Assembly (NCBI GenBank): GCA_043823745.1
Contig: JBDRAN010000003.1
Coordinates: forward strand, 66,958-130,957
Source: Candidatus Omnitrophota bacterium
Lineage (GTDB): Bacteria > Omnitrophota > Gorgyraeia > Duberdicusellales > 4484-171
DNA: 64,000 bases
Reading direction: 5' to 3'
In this document: one piece after another, positions 40,112 through 52,159 of the stretch
Position numbering within the stretch: the stretch's first letter is position 1
How the letters are laid out: the number at the start of each line of letters is the position of its first letter
The notes under the pieces: model-generated
Told to the model about the DNA's origin: nothing
The model's input: the letters and a program-made list of their open reading frames with translations, nothing else
Database searches by the model: none
Made by a program: the position numbers and the translations under genes

Positions 40112-40513
40112 TTACTTTCCTTTCTTAATGGTTTTTCGAGCCGGGGTACTGCTGGCTGCCCTCGACTTCACATCAATAATTTTCTCGGTGGTATCTAACT
40201 CAACCAATACATGTGCCGTCCGTCGACGGATCGCACCAGCTCTACCAAAACTCATTGCCTTAAAACGCTTCAGCATCGGGCCGCCATCAGCGGTAACTTT
40301 CGATATAACCAATGATTCCGGCTCATGGCCCTTCTGCTTGGCATTTGCCACTGCTGACTTTATTATTTTTGCCAGCATCCACGCGCCCTTTTGATTCATC
40401 TGCGCCAGAAAGTCTAACGCGACGGTAGCGGACTTACCGCGTACCAAGTCTATAACCTGACGGATCTTAAACGGTGAAACTCGTAAATATCGTGCGTGCG
40501 CGCGCGTTATCAT
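40112..40513 (-). CDS. rplV: 50S ribosomal protein L22
   Basis: SPFKIR.V.DLVRG, SAVANA. Confidence 0.96.
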   Translation of the reverse strand: MITRAHARYLRVSPFKIRQVIDLVRGKSATVALDFLAQMNQKGAWMLAKIIKSAVANAKQKGHEPESLVISKVTADGGPMLKRFKAMSFGRAGAIRRRTAHVLVELDTTEKIIDVKSRAASSTPARKTIKKGK

Positions 40514-40531
40514 AGGTATACTCTTCTATCG

Positions 40532-40819
40532 TTAGGTTTTTTCCTCTGCCTTCTTTACTCTAATGCCGCCATGCTGGCGAAATGTTCTGGTGGGAGCAAA
40601 CTCTCCCAGTCGATGGCCCACCATGTTTTCAGTGATAAACACCGGCACATGCTTTCTCCCGTCATGCACCGCAATGGTAAGACCGACAAATTCAGGCGTA
40701 ATAACCGAAGGCCGGGACCATGTTTTAATCGGTTTACGCTCCGAAGAGCCTTTTGCTCTAAGAACTTTCTTAAGCAGTTTCTCCTGAATAAAAGGGCCTT
40801 TTTTTAATGAACGGCTCAT
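40532..40819 (-). CDS. rpsS: 30S ribosomal protein S19
   Basis: [25 protein letters not shown]. Confidence 0.97.
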   Translation of the reverse strand: MSRSLKKGPFIQEKLLKKVLRAKGSSERKPIKTWSRPSVITPEFVGLTIAVHDGRKHVPVFITENMVGHRLGEFAPTRTFRQHGGIRVKKAEEKT

Positions 40820-40823
40820 GGTA

Positions 40824-41657
40824 TTACTTTCTCCTCTTCACAATATATTTATTGCTTAAATTCTTCGGACGTCTTGTTTTCCCGCCTTTTGCGGGCTGCC
40901 CCCATGGTGAAACCGGATGAGGGTTACCCTGCCCGGCCTTACCTTCACCGCCTCCATGAGAGTGATCCACCGGATTCATCGCTAAACCACGTACGGTAGG
41001 ACGAATCCCTAACCAACGCGTTCGTCCGGCTTTTCCCGAAATAAATGAAGAATGCTCAATAAGACCAACTTGCCCTACCGTCGCACGGCAGTCAAGTTTA
41101 ACTAACCGTATTTCCCCGGAAGGCATTTTAAGTTGCGCAAGGCCGGCATCTTTAGCCATAACCTGCGCCCAACTCCCGGCGCTACGAACCATCACGCCGC
41201 CTCTTCCCGGTTGAAGCTCAATGTTATGCACGAGTGTCCCCAGCGGCATATGCTTAAGCCTCATGGCATTGCCGGGCTTTATATCGACCTGACTGTCGGA
41301 GGCGCTGGTAACCTTGTCGCTGACCGCAAGCTTGTCGGGCCAAATAATATAACGCCTCTCTTTGTCGGGATATTCGATCAGCGCGATACGTCCGGTGCGA
41401 TTCGGGTCATATTCAATGGCAAGCACATTACCTTCAACGTCAAATTTATCGCGCTTAAAATCAATTAAACGATAGCGCTGCTTATGGCCTCCGCCGCGGT
41501 GACGCAGCGTGATCCTGCCGCGATTATTTCTACCGCCACTTTTATGCGCGCTATGCGTTAATGATTTTTCCGGACGATCTTTGGTGATTTCCGAAAAATC
41601 AGGGCTGACCTTGAAGCGCTGTATCGGCGTCAGTGGCTTAAATGTTTTAATTCCCAT
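40824..41657 (-). CDS. rplB: 50S ribosomal protein L2
   Basis: [27 protein letters not shown]. Confidence 0.98.
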   Translation of the reverse strand: MGIKTFKPLTPIQRFKVSPDFSEITKDRPEKSLTHSAHKSGGRNNRGRITLRHRGGGHKQRYRLIDFKRDKFDVEGNVLAIEYDPNRTGRIALIEYPDKERRYIIWPDKLAVSDKVTSASDSQVDIKPGNAMRLKHMPLGTLVHNIELQPGRGGVMVRSAGSWAQVMAKDAGLAQLKMPSGEIRLVKLDCRATVGQVGLIEHSSFISGKAGRTRWLGIRPTVRGLAMNPVDHSHGGGEGKAGQGNPHPVSPWGQPAKGGKTRRPKNLSNKYIVKRRK

Positions 41658-41666
41658 AATAATTCC

Positions 41667-41957
41667 TTAGGTAAATTTTATCTCGGAACCTTCCTTCAAT
41701 GTTACAATCGCCTTTTTCCATGAAGCGGTTTTTCCTGCTTGCCAGCGTACGCGCTTTGTTTTACCTTTGACAATCATGCAATTAACATCGTTGACCTTAA
41801 CATTATACACTTTCTCAACTGCCCGCCTTATATCGATCTTGTTTGCCCGTTTATCGACCAGAAACATGTACTTACGCAACGGATTAAGCGCTGCAACTTT
41901 TTCGGTAATAAGCGGTGCCTTTATAATTGAATACAGTGTATCGTTTATTTGACCCAT
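41667..41957 (-). CDS. rplW: 50S ribosomal protein L23
   Basis: PLITEK, ANKIDI, WKKAIVTL. Confidence 0.96.
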   Translation of the reverse strand: MGQINDTLYSIIKAPLITEKVAALNPLRKYMFLVDKRANKIDIRRAVEKVYNVKVNDVNCMIVKGKTKRVRWQAGKTASWKKAIVTLKEGSEIKFT

Positions 41958-42622
41958 TTTTCTACCCTTGCCTGGACTTCCTCGATCGCCCCTTTTGTAA
42001 ATACTAATTGTTTGCAGTTAAGGACCTCATAGGTCGTTAGATCTTTGGCCAGCGTAAACTGAACTTTCTGAATATTGCGAGACGCCCGACGCACGACACT
42101 ATCCCAGGCGCTTACGATAAAACGCGCGACTAAATCCTCTAATTTCAGGTTTTTAACCACCCCAAAAAACTCTTTCGTTTTAGGAGTCTTGAGCGCGATG
42201 CCTTCAAGCACTACAATCTCGTTATCTCGCAATTTAGCGTTTAATGCGCTCTTTAAAGCGTTGACCTTCATGCGCTGCGGTAACTCAGTGTAAAACGAAT
42301 GCGGTCGAGGACCAAAGGTAATACCGCCCTTGCGCCATAAAGGAGAACGGGTTGAACCCACACGGGCCTGTCCTGTTCCTTTCTGGCGCCACGGTTTTCT
42401 CCCGCCGCCGCGAACCTCACCGCGCGTTTTCGTATGCGCAAGGCCACGACGTTGATTCGCAAGGTAAGCCACGACTGCCTGACGCATCAGGGAGTCGCTT
42501 GTTTTCCCGTCAAAGACACGCTCGTTTAAATCGAACACGCCTACTTTTTTACCCTGCGTATTGAGCATATCAATACGCAGGGAGTATTCCGTTTTGTTCT
42601 TTCGTGCTGATTTCTCAACCAT
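41945..42622 (-). CDS. rplD: 50S ribosomal protein L4
   Basis: TKTRGEVRGGGRKPWRQKGTGQAR; start approximate. Confidence 0.96.
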   Translation of the reverse strand: MVEKSARKNKTEYSLRIDMLNTQGKKVGVFDLNERVFDGKTSDSLMRQAVVAYLANQRRGLAHTKTRGEVRGGGRKPWRQKGTGQARVGSTRSPLWRKGGITFGPRPHSFYTELPQRMKVNALKSALNAKLRDNEIVVLEGIALKTPKTKEFFGVVKNLKLEDLVARFIVSAWDSVVRRASRNIQKVQFTLAKDLTTYEVLNCKQLVFTKGAIEEVQARVEKWVK

Positions 42623-42636
42623 GGTATTTTCGTTCG

Positions 42637-43281
42637 TTAGGCAGCCTGGGACACCGTTGCGACTTTCTGCCGCTTCACCTTTAAAACTGTTCCTCTTGAC
42701 CCAGGCACACCACCTTCGATAAAAAGGAGACTCTTCTCCTTGTCGATTTTCATTACGCGTAGGTTGCGAATCGTCTGATATTCGTCTCCATAATGACCCG
42801 GCATCCGATGCCCACGCACGACACGCCCGGGATCGGTGTTGGCGCCGTTGGAGCCGATGCGCCGATGCGTCATTGACCCATGCGCCTGCGGGCCGCAACT
42901 CCAGTTATGACGCTTTATGCCGCCCGTAAACCCCCGGCCTTTTATTTTTCCGCGCACATCAACAATATCACCCTCATTAAACATTTCAACGCCGATTTCC
43001 TTCTTCGCCTCGATGTCTCCCGTCGTTGCCACTTCACAAACCATTTTATAGGCGCTCACGCCAAGTTTTTTAAAATAGCCTGCCTCGGGTTTTCTCACGC
43101 GGTTTACACGATCCTCGCGCACCTTAAAACAGCCGATCTTTGCGGCTGCGCGCCCGGAATACTCTTTTTTCTCAAGGATACAGACCGGCTCAACTTCGAG
43201 CACCGTTACGCCGATCATATCGCCCGTATCCCTAAAAATCTGCGTCATTCCTATTTTTTTTCCGAAAATTTCTTTTAACAT
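42637..43281 (-). CDS. rplC: 50S ribosomal protein L3
   Basis: GKKIGMTQ, KGRGFTG, HGS, MPGHYG. Confidence 0.96.
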   Translation of the reverse strand: MLKEIFGKKIGMTQIFRDTGDMIGVTVLEVEPVCILEKKEYSGRAAAKIGCFKVREDRVNRVRKPEAGYFKKLGVSAYKMVCEVATTGDIEAKKEIGVEMFNEGDIVDVRGKIKGRGFTGGIKRHNWSCGPQAHGSMTHRRIGSNGANTDPGRVVRGHRMPGHYGDEYQTIRNLRVMKIDKEKSLLFIEGGVPGSRGTVLKVKRQKVATVSQAA

Positions 43282-43386
43282 ATCAAACCTATATCCCTCT
43301 GTTTGACTACGCTCATTACGCTTGATTTGCCGCGGCACGCCTGCAACAAGACAGGAGTTAAAAGCGGAATTGTGCGGTAATTTGCG

Positions 43387-43713
43387 CTAGACTTCCTGTT
43401 TTATTTCGACATTCACTCCAGCAGGAAGATTAAGTTTTCGCAACGCGTCGATAGTCTTGGGTGTCGGATTATCCAGATCAACAATACGCTTGTGCACCGC
43501 AAGCATAAACTGCTCTCTGGATTTCTTATCGATGTTCGTCGAACGGTTAACGGTATAAATCTTCTTCTGCGTCGGAAGCGGAATGGGTCCGCTGATCGTA
43601 GCACCGGTGCGCAGCGCTACCTCTACAATTTCCTGCGTTGACTGATCCAGGATGCGATGGTCAAATGCCTTGAGTTTTATGCGTAACTTTAACATAGCAC
43701 AGTCTCTATACAT
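43387..43713 (-). CDS. rpsJ: 30S ribosomal protein S10
   Basis: [22 protein letters not shown]; start either 43713 or 43695. Confidence 0.96.
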   Translation of the reverse strand: MYRDCAMLKLRIKLKAFDHRILDQSTQEIVEVALRTGATISGPIPLPTQKKIYTVNRSTNIDKKSREQFMLAVHKRIVDLDNPTPKTIDALRKLNLPAGVNVEIKQEV

Positions 43714-43756
43714 CGCGGGCCGCTCTATCGAGTGGCCTGAGATCTCCTCCTCACGT

Positions 43757-44974
43757 TTACTTTACCACCTGCGTCACAACGCCGGCGCCGACGGTCTTTC
43801 CGCCTTCACGGATAGCGAAGCGTGATTCTTTCTCAAGCGCAACCGGCTGAATCAATTCCACTTCAAGCTCAACGTTATCGCCGGGCATCACCATCTCAGC
43901 ACCCTGCGGCAGCGTCACCGAACCGGTAACGTCCGTGGTTCTGAAATAAAATTGCGGACGGTAATTCGCAAAAAACGGCGTGTGCCTGCCGCCTTCCTCT
44001 TTCTTTAAGGCGTAAATCTGCGCTTTAAACTTGGTGTGCGGCGTAATGGAACCCGGTATTGCCGCGACCATTCCTCTCTCGACGTCATTCTTTTCAACGC
44101 CGCGTAGAAGTAATCCAACGTTATCGCCGGCCTGTCCTTCATCAAGAAGCTTTCGAAACATCTCAACGCCGGTAACAATCGTTTTCTTGGTTTCGGGGCG
44201 AAGACCGATGAGTTCAATTTCTTCGCCGGTTTTAATCTTTCCGCGCTCGATTCTTCCGGTTACAACCGTACCACGTCCTGAAATCGAAAATACATCTTCA
44301 ATTGCCATAAGAAACGGCTTATCTGTTTCTCTTTTTGGAGTAGGAATATACTCATCGACCTTGCTCATGAGCTCAAGAATGGGCTTGCAATTGGCGCACT
44401 CGTCTTTACCACAGCCACATGAGAGCGCCTTGAAGGCAGCACCGCGTACAACCGGAATGTCCTTGCCGGGATATTCAAATTTAGTCAAGAGATCACGTAC
44501 CTCAATCTCGACAAGCTCAACAAGCTCCGCGTCATCCATTAAATCAACCTTATTGATAAACACCACAATTGCGGGAACATTAACCTGACGCGCAAGAAGA
44601 ATATGTTCCCTGGTCTGCGGCATCGGTCCATCAACGGCAGAGACAACCAGGATCGCGCCGTCCATCTGAGCTGCTCCCGTAATCATGTTTTTGATATAGT
44701 CAGCATGCCCGGGGCAATCTATGTGCGCGTAATGACGCTTATCAGTCTCATATTCAACGTGAGCAATCGCAATGGTAAGAATTTTCGTCTCATCGCGGCG
44801 ACCCTGCGATTCTGACGCTTTCGCAACCTGATCATACGGAATAAACGTAGCCAGACCCCGTCCTGCCATTACCTTGGTAATCGCGGCGGTGAGCGTGGTC
44901 TTCCCGTGATCAACGTGCCCGATCGTTCCAACGTTTACGTGCGGTTTACTTCTTACAAATTTCTCTTTTGCCAT
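43757..44974 (-). CDS. tuf: elongation factor Tu
   Basis: [34 protein letters not shown]; AGGAGG RBS. Confidence 0.98.
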   Translation of the reverse strand: MAKEKFVRSKPHVNVGTIGHVDHGKTTLTAAITKVMAGRGLATFIPYDQVAKASESQGRRDETKILTIAIAHVEYETDKRHYAHIDCPGHADYIKNMITGAAQMDGAILVVSAVDGPMPQTREHILLARQVNVPAIVVFINKVDLMDDAELVELVEIEVRDLLTKFEYPGKDIPVVRGAAFKALSCGCGKDECANCKPILELMSKVDEYIPTPKRETDKPFLMAIEDVFSISGRGTVVTGRIERGKIKTGEEIELIGLRPETKKTIVTGVEMFRKLLDEGQAGDNVGLLLRGVEKNDVERGMVAAIPGSITPHTKFKAQIYALKKEEGGRHTPFFANYRPQFYFRTTDVTGSVTLPQGAEMVMPGDNVELEVELIQPVALEKESRFAIREGGKTVGAGVVTQVVK

Positions 44975-45037
44975 GGATACACCTCCTTGTTAAAATAAGG
45001 ACGTCCTTTTTTAAACAGCGTTTGTATACGTTTTTAC

Positions 45038-47096
45038 CTACATACCCAGTATCTTAGCCAACATTTCTCCCGGAACTTTCTCGTAATACGAAGGTTTTAT
45101 TGTATACGAAGCTCGACCTTGTGTCAAGTTTCTTAATATATCAGCGTAATTAAAGGCTTCTGACAGCGGAACTTCGGCACGAGCGATTTTTATATTTTTT
45201 CGCTCGGAGATTGATAAAATCCGTGCGCGCCGGGCGTTAAGATCTCCTATCACCTGGCTTAAGTATTCGTTGGGAACAAGCACTTCCAACTCCATAATCG
45301 GCTCCAAAATTACCGGTCCAGCCTTACGCAGGCCATCCTTGATTGCATATTGAGCGGCGATCTTAAATGCGAGCTCGGAAGAATCAACTTCATGGTATGA
45401 GCCGTCCGTAAGCGTGACCCGCACATCAACGACCGGGTATCCGGCGAGTATGCCGCTTTCGGAAGCCTCCAGTACGCCTTCTTTAATCACCCCAAAAAAC
45501 TCTTTCGGTATGGCGCCGCCCTTTGCTTTATTTTCAAAAACAATACCCATACCTTTTTCCAGAGGCTCCATTAAAAACACGACGTGCCCGTATTGGCCAT
45601 GACCGCCGGTCTGCTGCACAAACTTTCCTATTGATTCTATTTTCCGGGTAATCGTTTCTTTATAGGCAACCTGCGGTTTACCAATTTTTGCCTGCACACT
45701 GAATTCACGCAGGAGGCGATCGACCATGATTTCAAGATGTAACTGCCCCCATACCGGAAATAATATTTTGTCCTGTTTCGCGATTGTAGGCGACCTTAAA
45801 TGATGGGTCCTCTTCTTCGAGTTTCTTAAGCCCGGCGAATAATTTTTCCTGATCAGCCTGGGTACGCGGTTCAATCGCAACAGAAACTACCGGCAACGGA
45901 AATTTAATTGCCTCCAGTATGATCGGGTTTTTTTCATCAGAAAGCGTATCGCCGGTGGTAACGTCCTTAAAACCGACTAAACATACGATATCGCCCGCGC
46001 GCGCCTCGGTAACGATTTCCTGTTTATTGGCATGCATGCGCAAAATCTTACTTACTTTTTCCTTGGTGCGCTTGGTCGCATTATAGAGGGTACCTGAAGC
46101 ACTGATAACGCCCGAATACATGCGGGTATAAAAAAGTTTACCGACAAAAGGATCGGTAAAAATCTTAAAACATAAGGCGCACAGCGGGCTTGAGGTCGAA
46201 ACTTCCCGCGTCTGGATATCTACCTCGGTACGGCCAAATCCCTTTACCGCGCCCACGTCAAGGGGCGAAGGAAGATAATCACAGATAGCATCAAGCAACA
46301 GCTGGATTCCCTTATCTTTAAGCGAGGAGCCACACAGAATCGGCACAAAACGATTTGCTAAAACATATTTTCTGATGGCCGCGATCATTTCTATTTCGGT
46401 GATTTTTGTACCCTCAATAGCCCGCTGCATAAATACATCGTCGAGTTCAGCCAGTTTCTCGATAAGCGCATCATGGTACTGCGCTGCACGCTCCTGCATA
46501 TGTTCGGGGATGCTTTTGACGACAACGTCGGTTCCATGCTCATTCTCAAAATACACCGCTTTATTTTTGATAAGGTCAATTACCCCGACGAATTCATCGT
46601 TCTCATAAAGCGGAAGATGCACCGGAACGACTAAGGTATTAAGTTTCTCTTTCATGTCAGCCAGCACCATATAAAAATCAGCGCCGGTGCGATCCATCTT
46701 ATTGATAAAAGCAACTTTAGGAACATGATACCTGTCTGCCTGATGCCATACGGTTTCTGACTGCGGCTCAACGCCGCCAACGGCACAAAAAATTACCACC
46801 ACGCCGTCAAGTACTTTTAAGCTTCGTTCAACCTCAACGGTAAAATCAATATGGCCGGGGGTATCGATAATATTAATATGATGTTTTTTCCAGGTACAAT
46901 AGGTTGCGGCGCTGGTAATCGTAATCCCGCGTTCGCGCTCCTGAACCATCCAATCCGTAACAGTCGTGCCAGAATCCACTTCACCGATCTTATAGGTACG
47001 CCCTGTATAAAATAAACATCGCTCGGTGGTCGTGGTCTTACCGGCATCAATGTGAGCCACAAATCCAATATTACGTATCGCTTCTAATTCCTTCAT
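45038..47096 (-). pseudogene. fusA: elongation factor G, frameshifted by one extra base near 45745-45750 (real lesion or sequence error)
   Basis: [22 protein letters not shown] in the upstream frame; LHLEI...GRASY in a second frame; span is 3n+1. Confidence 0.9.
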
Positions 47097-47170
47097 TGAA
47101 TACGCTGTCTGGTTATTATTACCGCCGATGGCACGATCGCGGCTATCACATACTACTGTCATTGTTGTCA

Positions 47171-47638
47171 TTACCACTTAAAGTGAGCAAACGCCCGGTT
47201 CGATTCTGCCATCTTGTGGGTGTCTTCTCGTTTCTTGATCAATGTTCCTTCATTTTTATAGGCCGCCATAATCTCTTCGGCAAGCTTAACCCGCATGGGC
47301 TTTCCTTTTTTACCAGTTGCAAGGTCCCTGATCCAGCGCAGCGCAATACCAATACCGCGGTCCTGAGGAACCTCCATGGGAACCTGATAGGTGGCGCCAC
47401 CGATACGACGGGGCCTGGTTTCAAGGCGCGGCCGCGCGTTATCGACTGCTGTAAAGAAAATTTTCAGTGGGTCCTCTTTTGTTTTTTCGGCAATCATATC
47501 AAAAGAATCATAAATAATTCCCTGCGCAAGGCTCTTTTTGCCGTCCTGCATGATAATATTGACAAACTGGCCAACGACCGGCGAATTATATTTTGGATCA
47601 GTTCCTTTTTTTCGTTTTGGCGCTCTATGTCTCCTCAT
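47171..47638 (-). CDS. rpsG: 30S ribosomal protein S7
   Basis: [28 protein letters not shown]. Confidence 0.97.
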   Translation of the reverse strand: MRRHRAPKRKKGTDPKYNSPVVGQFVNIIMQDGKKSLAQGIIYDSFDMIAEKTKEDPLKIFFTAVDNARPRLETRPRRIGGATYQVPMEVPQDRGIGIALRWIRDLATGKKGKPMRVKLAEEIMAAYKNEGTLIKKREDTHKMAESNRAFAHFKW

Positions 47639-47757
47639 GTGTCACTCCTTAATTCTCCCGGCGCATACGCCGGGAAATTAACCCCGAAGCCTTTCCGGAA
47701 AATTTATCAGATCTTTTGATTGATAAATTTTCCGCATATAAAGAGGCAAGGGGTATA

Positions 47758-48144
47758 CTATTGTTCATAATGCTTTAGGCCTCTCTTCGCTCCATATTTT
47801 GAGCGCGAACGTTTCCGGTTCTGCACTCCCTGACAGTCATAGGTCCCGCGTACAATATGATAGCGCACGCCGGGCAGATCTTTAACGCGTCCGCCGCGTA
47901 CCAGCACGATCGAATGCTCCTGAAGATTGTGGCCCTCGCCCGGAATATATGATGTTACTTCCTCGTGATTCGTAAGGCGAACGCGTGCAATTTTCCGCAA
48001 CGCGGAATTAGGCTTTTTAGGTGTCATCGTTTTAACCTGAATGCATACGCCGCGCCTCTGGGGCGCCTGGTGCAGGGCCGGGGACTTGCTTCCTCTTTTT
48101 TTCAATAATCGTGGCTTACGTAATAACTGCGTTATTGTTGGCAT
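47758..48144 (-). CDS. rpsL: 30S ribosomal protein S12
   Basis: [22 protein letters not shown]. Confidence 0.98.
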   Translation of the reverse strand: MPTITQLLRKPRLLKKRGSKSPALHQAPQRRGVCIQVKTMTPKKPNSALRKIARVRLTNHEEVTSYIPGEGHNLQEHSIVLVRGGRVKDLPGVRYHIVRGTYDCQGVQNRKRSRSKYGAKRGLKHYEQ

Positions 48145-51100
48145 AGTTCCACCTCAACCTCCCGATAAGCCTTTAGTCCCGTTCCTGCCGGGATAAGATG
48201 GCCTACGATAACATTCTCTTTTAATCCCTGTAATTCATCAACCTTGCCGCTCGCCGCCGCCTCAGCTAAAACACGAGTTGTTTCCTGAAAGCTCGCCGCC
48301 GAGATAAAACTCTTGGTACTTAATGATGCCTTCGTGATACCTAACAGGAGCGGCGATGCAGTCGCAGGCTTTCCGCCTTTCTTGATCACCCGTTCATTTT
48401 CGTTGCGAAAATCCCATTTATCAATAGCTTCACCCGGTAAAAATCCTGTATCTCCTGATTCGACGATACGAATTTTTTTAAGCATTTCGCGGATAATAAC
48501 CTCAATATGTTTATCGTTAATTTTAACGCCCTGAAGACGATAGACTTCCTGAACTTCATTCACCAGGTACTCCTGAAGCACTTTATCGCCGCACACACGT
48601 AAAATATCCTGCAGGACCGTCGGGCCTTCAGTTAGCTGCTCTCCGGCAACAACAGTATCGCCGCGATAGACAATCGGGTGTCTGCCTGCGGGTATATCAT
48701 ACTCACGCGTCATGCCCGTTGGCGAACGCACAATAATCTGTCGCTCTCCCTTTTCTTCCTTGAATTCGACAAAACCGTCAATTTCGCTAATAACTGAAGG
48801 GTTCTTGGGTCTGCGTGCTTCAAAAAGCTCGGCTACGCGCGGAAGACCGCCGGTAATATCTCGAGTTTTCGCCACAAGCCGCGGGGTCTTGGCGATGACA
48901 TCGCCCGCCTGGACAGCAGCACCATCTTCAATCATAATATGCGCTCCGGTAGGAAGCGAGTAAATTCCGGCAACTTCGTCTTTGTCGGAAAGAATCACCA
49001 GTTGCGGGTGATAATCTCCCTTAAAATCAACAACCACACGCTCTTTTCTTTGTGTGGTTATATTCATTTCCTCTTGTATGGATATTTTATCAATAATATC
49101 CTCGTATTTTAATTTGCCGGAAACTTCGGTTAAAATGGGCGATGAGTAAGGATCCCATCTCACAAAGATTTTATCTTTCTCGACGCGCTCGCCGTCAACA
49201 ATCAAAACAAAAGAACCTTGCGGCACAGGGTTTCTCTGCAACTCGATTCCCCGGTCATCACTGATCGTAATCATACCGTTACGGTTGAGCGTAACAAATT
49301 GTTTTCCCTGCGCGACAACTTTAATGCCGTGATACTTGACCGTTCCCGCCTCTTTCGATTTTATGAACGCGCGCTCGGCGACTCGCGAAGCGGTACCTCC
49401 GATATGAAACGTCCTCATGGTAAGCTGCGTTCCCGGCTCACCGATAGACTGCGCACCGATAACACCGACCGCCTCACCGATCTCAACAAGCTTTCCGGTA
49501 GCCAAGTTCCGCCCGTAACATTTAGCGCAGACACCGCGCTCTGCTTCGCAGGTTAATACGCTGCGGATACGAATCTTCTCTAAACCGAGGCGTTCAATCT
49601 TCTCCGCTTTTTCCTCGTTGATTTCCTCGCCGGCTTTCACCACCACTTCATCGCTGACCACATCAACGATATTGTCAAGCGCCATACGGCCGATAATACG
49701 TTCTTTAAGAGAAACAACGACTTCATCCCCTTCGACAATTTCAGCAACCGTAATACCATTAACCGTGCCGCAATCGGGAAGAATAATTATTACTTCCTGC
49801 GCCACATCAACAAGACGTCGTGTAAGATACCCTGCATCCGCTGTTTTAAGCGCGGTATCAGCAAGGCCTTTTCGGGCGCCATGCGTTGAAATGAAGTATT
49901 CGAGCACCGTAAGACCTTCTTTAAAATTTGACGTAATGGGGGTTTCGATAATTTCACCGGAGGGCTTTGCCATAAGGCCGCGCATTCCGGCAAGCTGACG
50001 AACCTGAAGTTTCGAGCCGCGAGCACCGGAGTCAGCCATCATGAAAATAGGGTTAAACGTATCCATATTCTTAAATACATACTCGGAAACGCGATCAGTC
50101 GTCCTGGTCCAGACGTCGATGATCTTGTTATGACGTTCGCGTTCGGTGATGATACCTTTTTTATATTGATCCTCAACGCGCGCCAACTCGTCGTTGGCAT
50201 CATCAAGTACCTCTTTTTTCTGTTCAGGAATATGCAAATCAGTAATCGAAATGCTTACTCCGCCAAGCGTGGCATACTCAAACCCCAAATCTTTAATTTT
50301 ATCAAGCAACAAAATAGTTTCGGCGTGGCCAAACTGTTTATGGCATCCGGCGATAACCTCTGAGACATCTTTTTTACCTAATGTTTTATTGACATAGGGA
50401 AAACCCTTGGGAAGAATCTGGTTAAAAATAGAACGCCCGACCGTGGTCTCAATGATTTTCGTTTTACCAGACTCTTCAATGCGCAACTTAATCTTCGCAT
50501 GTAGCTCAGCTTCATCATCTTGATAGGCAGTCATAACCTCTTCGTAGGAAGAAAAAATAATCCCTTCTCCGATCGCCCCCGGTTTCTCAAGCGTAAGGTA
50601 CCGACACCCAATAATCATATCCTGGCTTGGCGTGATAATTGGCCTGCCGTCAGCAGTTGAAAAAATATTATTGACTGAAAGCATGAGAAGTTTTGCTTCA
50701 GCTTGGGCTTCAAGAGAAAGCGGCACGTGCACCGCCATCTGGTCACCGTCAAAGTCCGCGTTAAACGGGGCGCACACCAGCGGATGCAGCTTGATCGCCT
50801 TGCCTTCAACGAGAATCGGGTAAAATGCCTGGATACTTAAACGATGAAGCGTCGGCGCGCGGTTCAGTAACACTGGATGGCCGCTGATCACTTCTTCTAA
50901 AATATCCCATACTTCAACGCGGGCGCGCTCAACCATGCGCCGGGCGCCTTTTATCGTATGCACAAAACCTTTCTCGCGCAGCTTCTTAATGATAAACGGC
51001 TCGAACAATTCAAGCGCCATCTGCTGCGGAATACCGCACTGATGAAGTTTGAGTTCAGGCCCGACTACGATAACGCTGCGTCCGGAATAATCAACGCGTT

Positions 51101-52103
51101 TTCCTAAAAGATTCTGACGGAAACGACCTTGCTTGCCCTTAAGCATATCGGAAAGACTCTTTAAGGGCCTATTCTGCGGACCCATCACCGGACGTCCATG
51201 ACGACCGTTCTCCAAAATAGCATCAACCGCTTCCTGAAGCATTCTTTTTTCATTACGCACGATAATATCAGGCGCCCCCAAAGACATAAGTTTCTTTAAG
51301 CGGTTGTTTCTATTGATCACTCTGCGGTATAAATCATTAAGATCGGATGACGCAAACCTGCCGCCCTCAAGCGGAACGAGCGGGCGTAAATCGGGCGGAA
51401 TAACCGGAAGTATCTCAATCACCATCCATTCCGGTCGATTTCCTGAGCGACGCAAGTCTTCGGTTATTTTTAAGCGCTTTAAATGGCGCTTGTTGGCGGC
51501 GCTGGTAGAGTCCTCGAGGTCTTTACGTATATTTTTTGAAAGTTTATCCAGATCGACTTCTTTTAAAAGATCGCGAATCGCTTCCGCGCCGATTTTTGCC
51601 ACAAAATTGTTATTAAACTCTTTCAACCCGTTACGGTATTCTTCTTCGTTTAAAAGCTCGCCTTTTTTAAATTTCGATACACCCGGATCAATAACGATAT
51701 GTTCCTCGTAATAAATAACTTTTTCAAGTTCCTTGATGCTTAAATCAAGGATTGCGCCGATACGCGAAGAAATAACCTTAAAAAACCAAATATGCGTGGC
51801 GCACGCGGCAAGATCAATATGCCCCATCCGCTGGCGTCGCACCGATGAGTGTAAGACCTCAACCCCGCAGCGATCACACTTGGTACCCTTAAACTTAATA
51901 CCTTTAAGTTTCCCGCAATGGCATTCCCAATCTTTAATCGGACCAAAAATCTTCTCACAAAATAAACCGTCCTTCTCCGGTTTCAAGGTCCGGTAATTAA
52001 GCGTCTCTGCCTTTTTGACTTCCCCTGAGGACCAACTCTTTATGGTCCCCGGTGCGGCCAATCGTATGGTTATGCGGTCAAAAAAGCTTGTTTCTTCAAT
52101 CAT
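48132..52103 (-). CDS. rpoC: RNA polymerase beta' subunit
   Basis: NADFDGD catalytic motif, [13 protein letters not shown]. Confidence 0.98.
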   Translation of the reverse strand: MIEETSFFDRITIRLAAPGTIKSWSSGEVKKAETLNYRTLKPEKDGLFCEKIFGPIKDWECHCGKLKGIKFKGTKCDRCGVEVLHSSVRRQRMGHIDLAACATHIWFFKVISSRIGAILDLSIKELEKVIYYEEHIVIDPGVSKFKKGELLNEEEYRNGLKEFNNNFVAKIGAEAIRDLLKEVDLDKLSKNIRKDLEDSTSAANKRHLKRLKITEDLRRSGNRPEWMVIEILPVIPPDLRPLVPLEGGRFASSDLNDLYRRVINRNNRLKKLMSLGAPDIIVRNEKRMLQEAVDAILENGRHGRPVMGPQNRPLKSLSDMLKGKQGRFRQNLLGKRVDYSGRSVIVVGPELKLHQCGIPQQMALELFEPFIIKKLREKGFVHTIKGARRMVERARVEVWDILEEVISGHPVLLNRAPTLHRLSIQAFYPILVEGKAIKLHPLVCAPFNADFDGDQMAVHVPLSLEAQAEAKLLMLSVNNIFSTADGRPIITPSQDMIIGCRYLTLEKPGAIGEGIIFSSYEEVMTAYQDDEAELHAKIKLRIEESGKTKIIETTVGRSIFNQILPKGFPYVNKTLGKKDVSEVIAGCHKQFGHAETILLLDKIKDLGFEYATLGGVSISITDLHIPEQKKEVLDDANDELARVEDQYKKGIITERERHNKIIDVWTRTTDRVSEYVFKNMDTFNPIFMMADSGARGSKLQVRQLAGMRGLMAKPSGEIIETPITSNFKEGLTVLEYFISTHGARKGLADTALKTADAGYLTRRLVDVAQEVIIILPDCGTVNGITVAEIVEGDEVVVSLKERIIGRMALDNIVDVVSDEVVVKAGEEINEEKAEKIERLGLEKIRIRSVLTCEAERGVCAKCYGRNLATGKLVEIGEAVGVIGAQSIGEPGTQLTMRTFHIGGTASRVAERAFIKSKEAGTVKYHGIKVVAQGKQFVTLNRNGMITISDDRGIELQRNPVPQGSFVLIVDGERVEKDKIFVRWDPYSSPILTEVSGKLKYEDIIDKISIQEEMNITTQRKERVVVDFKGDYHPQLVILSDKDEVAGIYSLPTGAHIMIEDGAAVQAGDVIAKTPRLVAKTRDITGGLPRVAELFEARRPKNPSVISEIDGFVEFKEEKGERQIIVRSPTGMTREYDIPAGRHPIVYRGDTVVAGEQLTEGPTVLQDILRVCGDKVLQEYLVNEVQEVYRLQGVKINDKHIEVIIREMLKKIRIVESGDTGFLPGEAIDKWDFRNENERVIKKGGKPATASPLLLGITKASLSTKSFISAASFQETTRVLAEAAASGKVDELQGLKENVIVGHLIPAGTGLKAYREVEVELCQQ

Positions 52104-52159
52104 TATTCACTCCTTCCACAGATTGTGGAACACTCAGGCCGTCCGATAGGCTGGGGTGT

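Noticed and set aside
41945-43338. Long N-terminal extensions on rplD, rplC, rpoA, mdh, secE, fusA and the LeuD-like gene in the ORF track
   Set aside because: Artefacts of taking the most upstream start; internal starts match family length and RBS
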